A stretch of DNA of 64,000 nt from Escherichia phage vB_EcoM_005. The position numbers were made by a program, and so were the translations under genes. This document shows positions 40,391-52,563 of the stretch, piece by piece. A model generated the notes under the pieces. It was not told the DNA's origin, ran no database searches, and was given only the letters and a program-made list of their open reading frames with translations. The stretch is taken from the sequence record MK295203; one strand, 5' to 3'. Positions within the stretch are counted from its first letter, which is position 1, and each line of letters opens with the position of its first letter.

Positions 40391-40398
40391 TATTTATA
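40391..40398 (-). promoter_or_regulatory. Late promoter (TATAAATA) upstream of HNH gene
   Basis: + strand TATTTATA immediately upstream of the HNH start. Confidence 0.5.
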
Positions 40399-40475
40399 TA
40401 CCAGAAAGTCGCAGGATTGCGCCTGCGACGTTTTTAGTTATACAGTTGATAAATCATATTCCTAAAGAATAATCA

Positions 40476-40560
40476 ATCCCAGGCTCAATTCTACGTGATG
40501 TACGCTGTAACCAAACTCATGGTATAATGGTTTTAGGTTCTTTATATTACAGCCTGGGAT
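40476..40560. repeat. Perfect 10-bp inverted repeat (ATCCCAGGCT / AGCCTGGGAT) with 65-nt spacer, just downstream of gene 18
   Basis: Arms at 40476-40485 and 40551-40560; spacer contains CATGGTATAATGG. Confidence 0.6.
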
Positions 40561-40566
40561 AATAGA

Positions 40567-42402
40567 TTATACTAACGGTCCAATCAATTCATCAAAATCA
40601 GCACCAGTGCTCGTTGCAACGAAGTTCAACGTGATGTAGTTAATAGAACGAGCAGGTTTAACGTAGATATTAGCAATAAACTCATTACGGTCGATAACCG
40701 CAGGGGTGTTCACTGTAGTATCACAAACCACACGTCCTTCATAAATCCCACCAAGTGCCTTAATACCATCTAAGTACTGAGAAACTTCCATACGGAAGCT
40801 TGAACGGGTGAAGTTATCGTTCAATTCAAACAGTTTATATTTAGAGGCATCACCGATATTTTTCTTAAGCATGTTGAACAGACGGCGAACGTTAATATGG
40901 TCCATCGGAGATGGAACTTTAGTTGCAGTCTTATCACCAAACAATACGAAACCATCACCACCAGCAAAACCAACAACTGGGTTAATAGCTTCCTGGTACA
41001 TGCGGTCACGTTGGGATTGACGAGGTTCAATTGCCAATTTCAGAACGTTAAGAATCTGGCCACGGTTATAACCAGCCGGAGACATCCAAGGCTGAGACAC
41101 ATCATCCGTACGGGCACACAAACCAGCCATATCAGCCGCTAACGGAACCCAACGATTAACGTCGTTATATTTGTCATACTGATATTTATAGTTGCCGTCA
41201 ATTGCAGCATAAGTGGTGCTAATGTTCATGTTGTTGGTATCAAACAATGCTGCACCGGTACGCCAGTCGATAAGGTTATCTACTGCACGAGTCAATGGAA
41301 CGTTAACCAACAGACCTTTAGGAGGAGAAATAAATGCCAAGCAATCCTGACGTTCATCAGCAATGCTCACAACATGTTTCTGGACGGTCGAAGCAACTTC
41401 GTCACCTTCACCGTAGTTCAGCGAGGTAGCGAAGATATAGTTCGAAGTACCTTTAGCGAAATAGTCATCAAGATAAATGTTATTACCGTAAACGTCTTTT
41501 TCGCCTTCTTTGGTAGAAAGTACGACGGATTCTACGATTGCACCGTCACGGCGAACAATAATAGCATATTGGTCTTCTGTTTGAGGACCGTAGTTGAATA
41601 CTGCTTTAGCTACAGAAGCACGAGTACCGCCATTTGGATAAATATCCAACATTTTATTAGAACCAGCATCATAAGCCGCTTTAGAAACAATTTCAACTTC
41701 CAGAGTACTACCAATTTCACCAGGATAAAGGGCGACCACACCAGGCATACCAAACTGTTTAAGAGATGCTTGGAATTCCAGGGAAGTAATAGCTTCTTCA
41801 CTGTTCTCTGCTTCAGTCAACAGAATACCGGAATCGGTTACAATTTTACCGACAGTAATAGTACCAGAAACACCGGAAGAGGCAGAAGTAACTTCAGCAG
41901 TCCACGCCGGGCCGAGGTTCGGATATTGGTTAACAGAACGAGCATAAGAAATAATCTTGCCTGTAGGAATAAACACCGATAGAATTTTACCGTCTGTATC
42001 GACCGAAGTTACACGACCTTCAGATTCGATTACAGTTTGGTTATATTTGATATTAATTTTATCGCCTACCGCATAGTTAGAACCTGCAGTAGTAATAGTG
42101 GTTTGGACGTTACCTGCTATCGGAGATGCGTTTTTAGCGAATTCACGGTTAACAACACGAACAGTACGAAGGTCATTACCGTACTGGAGGAAGTTCATAC
42201 CCGACATGAAGTAATCGGCAACTTCGTTATTAGGACCTCCAAATAAGTCAACCAGTTCAACTTCATTAGTAATCTGAGTTACCTGGAAAGCAGGGCCCCA
42301 CTGGAATTTACCAACCAGCGCTGCACGACCCGTTGCGTTACGAACGACAGTACTCTGTACGGACGTTTCTTTGAGCTCAATGCCCGGTGATAATAAAGCC
42401 AT
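40567..42402 (-). CDS. 18: Tail sheath protein gp18
   Basis: 611 aa (T4 659 aa); MALLSPGIELKETSVQS... Confidence 0.88.
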   Translation of the reverse strand: MALLSPGIELKETSVQSTVVRNATGRAALVGKFQWGPAFQVTQITNEVELVDLFGGPNNEVADYFMSGMNFLQYGNDLRTVRVVNREFAKNASPIAGNVQTTITTAGSNYAVGDKINIKYNQTVIESEGRVTSVDTDGKILSVFIPTGKIISYARSVNQYPNLGPAWTAEVTSASSGVSGTITVGKIVTDSGILLTEAENSEEAITSLEFQASLKQFGMPGVVALYPGEIGSTLEVEIVSKAAYDAGSNKMLDIYPNGGTRASVAKAVFNYGPQTEDQYAIIVRRDGAIVESVVLSTKEGEKDVYGNNIYLDDYFAKGTSNYIFATSLNYGEGDEVASTVQKHVVSIADERQDCLAFISPPKGLLVNVPLTRAVDNLIDWRTGAALFDTNNMNISTTYAAIDGNYKYQYDKYNDVNRWVPLAADMAGLCARTDDVSQPWMSPAGYNRGQILNVLKLAIEPRQSQRDRMYQEAINPVVGFAGGDGFVLFGDKTATKVPSPMDHINVRRLFNMLKKNIGDASKYKLFELNDNFTRSSFRMEVSQYLDGIKALGGIYEGRVVCDTTVNTPAVIDRNEFIANIYVKPARSINYITLNFVATSTGADFDELIGPLV

Positions 42403-42420
42403 TTTGAATCCTCTTGGTTA

Positions 42421-42428
42421 TGCTTTAT
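42421..42428 (-). promoter_or_regulatory. Late promoter (TATAAATA) for gene 18
   Basis: + strand TATTTATA ~20 nt upstream of the gp18 start. Confidence 0.55.
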
Positions 42429-42434
42429 TGTTAT

Positions 42435-44741
<2,307 letters not shown>

Positions 44742-44745
<4 letters not shown>

Positions 44746-45608
44746 GGGTTTCTCCTTGGTGCTGGAGGCGCTGGCTCGACAGGCACTGGAATATCTTGTG
44801 AATATGTTTGAACGGAACTTCCATCCCATTCTGTTTGTTCTACACCTCTCGGAACCACTTCGCTATCAACCGATTCGAAATTACCTTCAGGAGCGAGTTC
44901 CTTTGAGTTAGCAAAGAAATCAAGATAAATGGTTTTAATTTCGCCTTCCATTTCTTTAACTGGAGGATATAACCACCCGTTAACCTCAAACATCATGGAC
45001 CATTCTAAACGACGACGAGAAGTGGTATCGCCTTCTAATTGTTCGTCCATTGCAATAGACTGGAACACAATACGAATATCACGGTCAAATTTAATCTCGT
45101 TTGTATAGAGTTCAGTGATTGTTGTATTAAAGTGAGGTTGGAAATAAGGCATAATCTGTTCCACAATTTGGAACATATCATCTTGGGTTCTAGTGTAAAT
45201 ACCCAGTTCGAAAATCATTTTAACCGGAGTAGGAGAATATTGGCTAACCCGTTTACGAGGGTCACCATTCTCAAATTGAATTTGTGTTCTGTTCTGAAGA
45301 GCTGTTTTGTATTGTGAGTTATAAAGCATATCAACCATTTGAAGGTTCATACGTGGAAGAACTGTTTCCACTTTAGCCTTTTGTTCAGCTCGTTCTTTAG
45401 GAGACGTATTGGGATTTGGAATATTCTGTACTGCCGTCCATTTGCCCAAATTTGCCATAAATCTTTCTTTAGAAGCATACGTGATAGGAACCTTAATAAA
45501 TTTAAGCCCTGTATCTTCTCTTTGACGTGCTACTTGAACATGGGAAAATAAATCACCCATCAAAACAATATAGCGACGTAGCGAACTATTATAAAAGTGA
45601 CCGAACAT
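44742..45608 (-). CDS. 15: Tail sheath stabilizer / tail completion protein gp15
   Basis: 288 aa (T4 272 aa); synteny. Confidence 0.8.
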
Positions 45609-46195
45609 TACTCACCTCTCATTTTACAATTATCATTATGCCAACGATTTATAAGATGGTATCCTATCATCTTGTGGCAATGTGGACACTCTACTTTTCT
45701 CTTTGGTACACCTGTTTGGGCTTGTCCAAAGGATACGGTATGTTCTGCTGAAAGCTTTTTGCCTTTGTGGGTTTCACTGGCTCTCTTTTTAGCATACTCT
45801 CCGTGATGTTTACCAAAAAATGGATTCAATTCACCTATACGAGTTTTACCCCAGGCTGATTTAACCCTCTTCATTTCTATACGGGCTTCTTCGTATTTTA
45901 TTTTTAATTCTTCTTCGGATAAATTTAAATTTCTACGTTCAGAACTACTAAACATAATCCAAAAGGCTAAAATCATTTTAGGGTCTTTTGTTTTTGCTAA
46001 GATTGCATGCGCCTCTAGATGGTCTAAAACATCTATAGAAACTATATTTTCCGGCGTGTTTTCGTATTCTGGAAATAAAGACCTAGGGAGAATATGATGT
46101 TTTTCGGTGTATTCTGTTTTAGGTGGCTTGGAGACCACCGCCAGATATTCATCTGTCAAATCCCCAAGCCATAATCCTACTTTTTCTTCTATCAT
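45608..46195 (-). CDS. HNH homing endonuclease (Mob-like) between genes 14 and 15
   Basis: HHILPRSLFPEYENTPENIVSIDVLDHLEAH HNH motif; C-terminal CPHCH...C zinc finger. Confidence 0.75.
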   Translation of the reverse strand: MIEEKVGLWLGDLTDEYLAVVSKPPKTEYTEKHHILPRSLFPEYENTPENIVSIDVLDHLEAHAILAKTKDPKMILAFWIMFSSSERRNLNLSEEELKIKYEEARIEMKRVKSAWGKTRIGELNPFFGKHHGEYAKKRASETHKGKKLSAEHTVSFGQAQTGVPKRKVECPHCHKMIGYHLINRWHNDNCKMRGE

Positions 46196-46204
46196 AGAAG
46201 TTAT

Positions 46205-46908
46205 TTAATCATCTAAAAAAGCATCATCAAATGCTGTAGGAGGAGCATCTTCTCCTCGTCCATTAATTACAACATAAGGATGTACGAATTCAGCCGCTTC
46301 GGCATTAATCTCATTGACCTCTTCGTATTGAATGTCGGAGATATCAGCCAACCCGTCGATATTCTTAACAGGCATTAAATCAAGCTCACTGAATTCAGGA
46401 ATATTAATACCTTCATTTCTCTGTAATTCAGGACGAAGTTCTTCACCATTGTAAATGAACTTGGTAGCGGTAATTCGACGCTGGACGTTAGCACCTACTT
46501 GATAGAATGGGTCGTAAGGTTGTACCCAGTTAATTTCGAATAGGCTTATTATCCATTGGGAAATAAATCAAGTCGCCTGAAACAGGTTCAGTGCCATTGC
46601 ATTGATGTTTAAAAAGGTTAGGGTTAATTGTGATTGTTACTTCATCATTAACCATCATACCGAACTTACTGAAAGCCTATTCGGTCATTGGCATTTAACA
46701 TATTCACGTGGTATATAATAAAGCTCAATACCACGCATTTGAATAGACTCAGCAACTAAAGCATCAGCCAATGTTTGGGTATTCTCATGCTTGTAATGGT
46801 CGCCATTGGGTCATTGACAAAGGGATTGAGAATTTCGGCTTCGTTCGTATTAGCGTAACCTGTATTATTTTCTAGTTTGGCGAAAAGACTAGAATCAAAT
46901 GTCGACAT
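46205..46908 (-). pseudogene. 14: Neck protein gp14, multiply frame-disrupted
   Basis: Track ORF stops after [36 protein letters not shown]; conserved segments ([34 protein letters not shown]; [41 protein letters not shown]; [32 protein letters not shown]...FLDD*) continue in three different frames. Confidence 0.7.
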
Positions 46909-47521
46909 AACTCCACTCCTTCCATTTAGGTTTATCATTCTTTATTCTATTAATAACTGCGCTTTTGACTATACCAAAATACTCGGCGCATTCTTTACCT
47001 GTCGAGAATACCATTTCTCCGACTCTAACTGCTCTGGCCGCAGGATTTTTACTACCGGTAAAATCTGGGTGTTTCACACGCGTCCACATTAATGCGGTAG
47101 ATTCTTTTCTACGCTTTAGCCCTTCTTCAGTCCATTCTCTTGATTTTGCCGCCTCTGACATTCTTTTTCTTGATTCTATAGAACGGGTTTTACCTATATT
47201 AGGGTTATCTTTAGGATTGTAATAAGAAGGACCACCTTGTCCTCCTTTTACCAAATTAACACACTGAGCAAAATCTTCTTTAAGAATATCGACTAAAAGT
47301 TCTTCGGCTTCCTTTAATAATTCCGGATTACCGAAATCTTTCGACCATAATACCTGTTTTATACAGTTTCGTCCATATTTTTTCTTAGCATTCGAAATAT
47401 ACGTTCCTGAGCCAACGTATGAATCCAGCTTTGGATTAGATTTATCCGAATGTCTTTTACCGCCATAAATTTTTAATCCGTCCGACGTTTCAAACTCAGT
47501 CACGTATAATCTATAAAACAT
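46895..47521 (-). CDS. GIY-YIG homing endonuclease (Seg-like) inserted at the 13/14 junction
   Basis: [24 protein letters not shown]...YVGSG GIY-YIG motif; C-terminal HTH; track ORF 46895..47668 is fused in frame to a duplicated gene-14 N-terminal fragment. Confidence 0.75.
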   Translation of the reverse strand: MFYRLYVTEFETSDGLKIYGGKRHSDKSNPKLDSYVGSGTYISNAKKKYGRNCIKQVLWSKDFGNPELLKEAEELLVDILKEDFAQCVNLVKGGQGGPSYYNPKDNPNIGKTRSIESRKRMSEAAKSREWTEEGLKRRKESTALMWTRVKHPDFTGSKNPAARAVRVGEMVFSTGKECAEYFGIVKSAVINRIKNDKPKWKEWSYVDI

Positions 47522-47715
47522 AATTATCCAATTAAAATAGGTGTTGGTGGGTCGAGTAAATCTAATTCGAAAGTTGACGAAAGGGTTCATTATTTCAGTT
47601 TCGTTCGTGTTAGCATAGCCAGTATTATCTTCTAGCTTAGCGAATAAACTCGAATCGAAAGTAGCCATAATTATCCAATTAAAATAGGTGTTGGTGGGTC
47701 GAGTAAATCTAATTC
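47520..47715. repeat. Two exact 50-bp direct repeats flanking a duplicated gene-14 5' fragment
   Basis: CATAATTATCCAATTAAAATAGGTGTTGGTGGGTCGAGTAAATCTAATTC at ~47520-47569 and ~47666-47715; the 96 bp between encodes [32 protein letters not shown]. Confidence 0.75.
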
Positions 47716-48839
47716 CTCGCGAAGTCGTTCTTTTTCTAAACGAGCTTCTTCAATCAATCGAATAGCCATCTACAGTGGTTCCACCTGCAAGTTGCATGCC
47801 TTGGTGTTTGGCTAAAATATTACCATTGACCTCTTTAACCAGTGCCGTAGCATAATCTTTAACCCAACGGTTATTATATGCACCAGTCTTGAAGACCAAG
47901 GTCCTCACCTACACGCATACCAGAAATACGACGTGATGGATTATCCCAAACAGCTCCAGGGCTCCATTCATTTTCGTCACACCCACCAGAGGCATATCCA
48001 TATCCTGCAGTATTTCCTACCATAGAATCAACCCCATTAAAAGAGCGAGTATAAACTTCAATTACAATAAAATCACCTTTAACAAAGTTACCCATTACCT
48101 TCAACTGTTCAGTGGCATCGTTATACCAATAATCAGGCAACAAAATATTACCATTGACTTCTTTAACCAATGCCGTCGCATAATCTTTGACCCAACGGTT
48201 ATTATATGAACCATCTTGCAAACCAAGGTCTTCACCTGCCCTCATACCTGAAATACGACGAGCCGGGTTATCCCAAATAGCTCCGGGGCTCCATTCATTT
48301 TCGTCACACCCACCAGAGGCATATCCATATCCTGCAGTATTTCCTACCATAGAATCAACCCCATTAAAAGTGGAACCAAAAGGTCTTGCATCATAGAACG
48401 ATATTGCATTAATTGTGTAAAATAACCAAGGTCGGCACCGAAGGCATTAGGCCCAAAGCTGTTACAAGAAGGTTCCAAGACCACCATTAATACCGGCCAA
48501 GCCTAATACAAAATCAGTAAACCATGGATAAGTCGCTTGGCCATCCATAGATGTTAAAGAACCCACGTTGGTTCTCAAAATTTGTGTTACCGCAAATATA
48601 TTACGGCCTTTAAGGTCAAATACACCGTTACGGAATTTTTCTTCGTCATCATGGCCTATATAAAAAGCCTGATAACCTTTGTTATAGCCGTTATAATGAT
48701 ACTCACCGTAGAGCTCCAGTGCGCGCTGGATGCAATCGTATACTTGGTCTGTAGTTACTTCAATATTTGTAATCGGTGCACCCAGGCGGCGCAGGATTGC
48801 GTCCTTGAGTTGCTTAGGGTTATATGATTCACTTGCCAT
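47672..48839 (-). pseudogene. 13: Neck protein gp13 with internal tandem duplication, in-frame stops and frameshifts
   Basis: N-terminal 125 aa (track ORF 48462..48839) match T4 gp13, then two in-frame stops; track ORF 47874..48350 holds [43 protein letters not shown] twice, 107 codons apart; C-terminus ...[28 protein letters not shown] is in another frame. Confidence 0.65.
47815..48365. repeat. Tandem duplication (~230 bp units, ~320 bp period, ~90% identity) inside gene 13
   Basis: AAAATATTACCATTGAC.TCTTTAACCA.TGCCGT.GCATAATCTTT... at ~47815 and again at ~48135. Confidence 0.7.
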
Positions 48840-48860
48840 GGTTTATTCCTCTAATAACCG

Positions 48861-48868
48861 TATTTATA
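48861..48868 (-). promoter_or_regulatory. Late promoter (TATAAATA) for gene 13
   Basis: + strand TATTTATA ~25 nt upstream of the gp13 start. Confidence 0.55.
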
Positions 48869-48876
48869 GCAAAAAA

Positions 48877-48895
48877 GGGCCGAAGCCCTTTTATT
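48877..48895. terminator. Bidirectional terminator downstream of wac
   Basis: AAAAAAGGGCCGAAGCCCTTTTATT. Confidence 0.65.
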
Positions 48896-51107
48896 ATGGT
48901 GTTGGGGTTAAAGTCACAAAATCTGACAATAATACCCATGCATTATCAACAAGAACATACGGAAGTCCATCAGCAACTGGAGCCGCTGGCGGACGTTTAC
49001 CAAGTTCAGTTTCTAGTGCAGTGATTTTAGCTTCGGCTGCAGTTAAACGAGTAGTTAATCCTGCCACTTTACCTGATTCAACTTCAACAACACCTAAACG
49101 GGTATCAATAGCCGCTACTTTATCGGATTCACCCTTAACTTCAGCCAATCCAGATTTAAGTGTTACTATATCACCTTCTGCAGTGCCAAGGCGGGTATTA
49201 ATACCTGCTACCTTATCAGATTCGACTTTAACAGCGGCAAGTCCTGTTTCTAAAGTGGTGATTTTACCTTCTGCTGTAGTAACTCTAGTTGTTAAAGGAG
49301 CAATTTTGGCAGTATCAACTTTAATTGCGTTAATTTCACCTTCAGTAGAAGAAACTCGGCCAGTTAAAGAAACGATATCGCCTTTGTTCTTGGTGATATC
49401 CGCTTTAATAGGGGTCAACTGGTTTTCTAAATCGGTTACATCTAAAGCCAGTGCAGTAACATCGTCATCAGTAGTATCTGTCTTAGTTTCAAGAGCAGCA
49501 ATTTTACCGTTAATGGTTACATCACTAGATTCAAGTGCTGTTAAACGACCGTCCTGTTCAACGTCTTTAGCCTTTATAGTAACGATATCTGCTTTAATCT
49601 CACCAACCGAAGTGTTTAATGCACCGGTACGAGTATCAAGAGAAGAAATTGAGGTATCATTATCATCGACTCTAGAAGTTAAAGCGGCCACTTTACCGTT
49701 GGTAACAACCAAATCAGCCTTAACAGATTCTATTTCCGTAGAGCTATTGAGAACCTCTGTCCAAGTAGCATTGCGGCGTGCATAAAGCTTACCATCGGAA
49801 GGGGCATCATTCAACTTACCTAACATCTGGGTTTCTAAAGAAGTAACCGCGTTAATAAGACCACGTTCTTCTACAGTAGTACCGTTAGGGTTGGTCCCGT
49901 CAACCTTATTGGTGAGTTTAAGTAAAGTACCCTTAATACCGGATTGGTTATTTCCAATTTCTACTTGAATATCCTGGATAGATGAAGTAGATTGGTTTGC
50001 TTGGATAATAACGTCATTTAAACGCTTATTAATGGTCCCAGCTGCCGGAGATACTTCACTACCTAAACGGCGGTTGATATCAGTAACTTGGAAACGTAAG
50101 CCATCACTTGAACTAACACCCACTATGGTTTTAAGGTCATTTACATCGGTGCGAAGACCGCTTAAACGTCCATTAATAGAAGTAGGAGTTGATTCAGAAC
50201 CTATTTGGATTTCAATTGATGTTACACGAGGTTTTAAATCAACGTTGACTGAATTTTCTAGGGTAAGAGTTTTGCTTTCTAAAGTAGTTACTCGGTCCTT
50301 TATAGGCATACCGGAGAAATCAATATTGGTCTTAATTTCGTCGATAGACGTATTAAAATTAATTGCCGCCGTTTCTAATGCTGAAATTCGGGTATAAGCA
50401 GGTTGTTTACCTACCGTATCAGAATGCGGGCCAAGTTCAGCACGAATTTCATTTAATTTAATACCTAATTGCCCGACGTCAGAATCTTCATAATTCCTTT
50501 CAAGGGTATCAATGCGAAGACGATGGTCGACCAATTCAGTGGTATTATCAATGATGCGACGTTTCATACCGGTGGCTTCGCTGGTTTCACCTGGAGGCAA
50601 TGGATTGCCATTTATATCCTGGTTTTCATAATGACCTATTTCGGTTTTAAGAAGAACAATATTTTCACGTACAGTTAAATATGGGCCATCTTGTAAAGGG
50701 TCATGGTAACCAACGTCTTCACGCAAGTAATCAAAATTGGTGGTTAACTCATCCAATTTTCCTGTTGTTTCTGAAGTAACCTTTTTAAGGTCTACGATAT
50801 CAACACGGTTTTTCTCAATTTGTTGGATGACGGAAATATCCGTAGCCATTTCTAAGGCATCATTGATATTATTAACGTTTTCTACCAGTTCGTTAACTTT
50901 ATCTGCGGTTTTCAAATCATTCGCATCAAGAGCTTCAACGTTTTTCTGAACTCCTAAAGCAGCAGCGTTCAAATTACCTTCATTGCCGTATTTTGTTTTT
51001 GCTGCAGACATACAATCACCCTCGCGTATCCATTGGATACGCTTTTGAGGAGCATCAGGTACGCCGTCAACAAATGGTAACTCACTAAGTTCCAATTTGT
51101 TAATCAT
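48894..51107 (-). CDS. wac: Fibritin (Wac), long coiled coil with C-terminal foldon-like domain
   Basis: 737 aa (T4 487 aa); heptad-rich; C-terminus DGLPYVLVDNAWVLLSDF resembles the T4 foldon. Confidence 0.85.
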   Translation of the reverse strand: MINKLELSELPFVDGVPDAPQKRIQWIREGDCMSAAKTKYGNEGNLNAAALGVQKNVEALDANDLKTADKVNELVENVNNINDALEMATDISVIQQIEKNRVDIVDLKKVTSETTGKLDELTTNFDYLREDVGYHDPLQDGPYLTVRENIVLLKTEIGHYENQDINGNPLPPGETSEATGMKRRIIDNTTELVDHRLRIDTLERNYEDSDVGQLGIKLNEIRAELGPHSDTVGKQPAYTRISALETAAINFNTSIDEIKTNIDFSGMPIKDRVTTLESKTLTLENSVNVDLKPRVTSIEIQIGSESTPTSINGRLSGLRTDVNDLKTIVGVSSSDGLRFQVTDINRRLGSEVSPAAGTINKRLNDVIIQANQSTSSIQDIQVEIGNNQSGIKGTLLKLTNKVDGTNPNGTTVEERGLINAVTSLETQMLGKLNDAPSDGKLYARRNATWTEVLNSSTEIESVKADLVVTNGKVAALTSRVDDNDTSISSLDTRTGALNTSVGEIKADIVTIKAKDVEQDGRLTALESSDVTINGKIAALETKTDTTDDDVTALALDVTDLENQLTPIKADITKNKGDIVSLTGRVSSTEGEINAIKVDTAKIAPLTTRVTTAEGKITTLETGLAAVKVESDKVAGINTRLGTAEGDIVTLKSGLAEVKGESDKVAAIDTRLGVVEVESGKVAGLTTRLTAAEAKITALETELGKRPPAAPVADGLPYVLVDNAWVLLSDFVTLTPTP

Positions 51108-51116
51108 TTTTTACCC

Positions 51117-52445
51117 TTATTCTACTTTAATAATAAAAAGAACGGACATTGTCCATGGACGTGTTTCATTGGCAATAAGACCTTCACTATTAAGTGTGGT
51201 ATAGGTAGCGGTATTACCGAAGGCACCAGCATTATCATGTTCACCAAAACCACCAGCATGTTTATGATAACGTAATGCTTGGGCTTGAACGGAAGATTGT
51301 GGGAAAGAACCAACACCATTACCTAAACGGGCTTTACCTTTACCGTCTTCTCCTCGGTTACCGGCAATATGCGGGTTAACTTCGCCTTCAGAATATCCAC
51401 CGACCATGTTAGCGCCACGAGGATATAATCCACGGAAATCTGGAATAGCACCCCACCATCCCCGACAAATAGTACCTACAGGGACGCTATCTGATAATTG
51501 GTCGTGGGTAACAACATCAACACCATTACGACGTAATGCGCCATTAACGTTTAAAGTACCCCATATTTCACCACCTGAAGTAGAAATAACGTTGGCATTA
51601 TAAGCCAGTGCCGTATTACCATCACCTTGGCCCACAGTAGTAGATAATCGAACCAATCCAATACGACCAGTATTACCTGTACGAGCTAACAAAGAAGCAG
51701 GTGTAACAGCGGCAGTGTGGTCAGTACCATTAGATACCATATCCCAACCCGCGAGTTTAATAATACCGCTTCGTTCTTCGGTGGATGTTAATGTGGCTAA
51801 TCCTGCAGGAGAAATAGCGATACCTACAGAAAGATTTCCATTACCAACTTCGGCATTAGTCGCTAAACGAACCAAACCTTCATTTGTAGTCGTTGCCGTA
51901 GAATAAACCGGTAACGCTGCTGTCGCTGCACCAATTGCTTGCGATACTTTAAGTGGGGTCATTGCGGTGGTATCATCGGTACCAGCTAATGCAGCAGGTG
52001 TAGTTGAAATCTTGATAACGCCTGTGGCGTTCTCTGTTGATAAACGGTTCTCAAATGTATAATCCATTACCGCTTTCAAAGAGGTTGCTACGATTGCAGC
52101 CTGGGGCTCTGTGCCTGCTATGGCTTCAGCGTTAGTAGCGTAACGAGTGATACCTACATAAGTTTCTGTTGCCTGAGTAGGAATATCTAAACGGGCTTTT
52201 AAAGTTGCTGGAGTCACTGCACTATAAGCGTCCAATCCGTCCATTACTTCTTGTGTGGTGGCAAGACGAATAATACCTTGGGATGTTTCTGTGGCTGAAG
52301 GAACATTACCTGTGACGCCGATTAATGAAATAGTTGCCAATGCTTCTTGAACATTAGTAATATCAGGCGGGAAATTCGACCCAGTAGGGTCGAATGATTT
52401 GAATTCCGATTTATCACTAATGTGTTTTAGTGTGTTTGTTGACAT
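51117..52445 (-). CDS. 12: Short tail fiber protein gp12
   Basis: MSTNTLKHISDKSEFKSFDPTGSNFPPDITNVQEA...; C-terminal RYHKHAGGFGEHDNAGAFGNT metal-binding motif; 442 aa versus 527 in T4. Confidence 0.88.
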   Translation of the reverse strand: MSTNTLKHISDKSEFKSFDPTGSNFPPDITNVQEALATISLIGVTGNVPSATETSQGIIRLATTQEVMDGLDAYSAVTPATLKARLDIPTQATETYVGITRYATNAEAIAGTEPQAAIVATSLKAVMDYTFENRLSTENATGVIKISTTPAALAGTDDTTAMTPLKVSQAIGAATAALPVYSTATTTNEGLVRLATNAEVGNGNLSVGIAISPAGLATLTSTEERSGIIKLAGWDMVSNGTDHTAAVTPASLLARTGNTGRIGLVRLSTTVGQGDGNTALAYNANVISTSGGEIWGTLNVNGALRRNGVDVVTHDQLSDSVPVGTICRGWWGAIPDFRGLYPRGANMVGGYSEGEVNPHIAGNRGEDGKGKARLGNGVGSFPQSSVQAQALRYHKHAGGFGEHDNAGAFGNTATYTTLNSEGLIANETRPWTMSVLFIIKVE

Positions 52446-52563
52446 TAATATAATCTCTTATAGTAATATAAAGGAATCGTGCCGTTAACTGTACCACCTG
52501 CTAACGATTGGGTAGAGTTACCTAAGTATTCCCACTTACCGTATCCAGCCCTTGGCTGTTGGA

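Noticed and set aside
41374-41982. 202-aa ORF on the + strand
   Set aside because: Antisense to tail sheath gene 18; no RBS or promoter context.
48730-49785. 351-aa ORF on the + strand
   Set aside because: Antisense to wac; S/A/V/T-rich translation mirrors the coiled-coil codon periodicity of the opposite strand.
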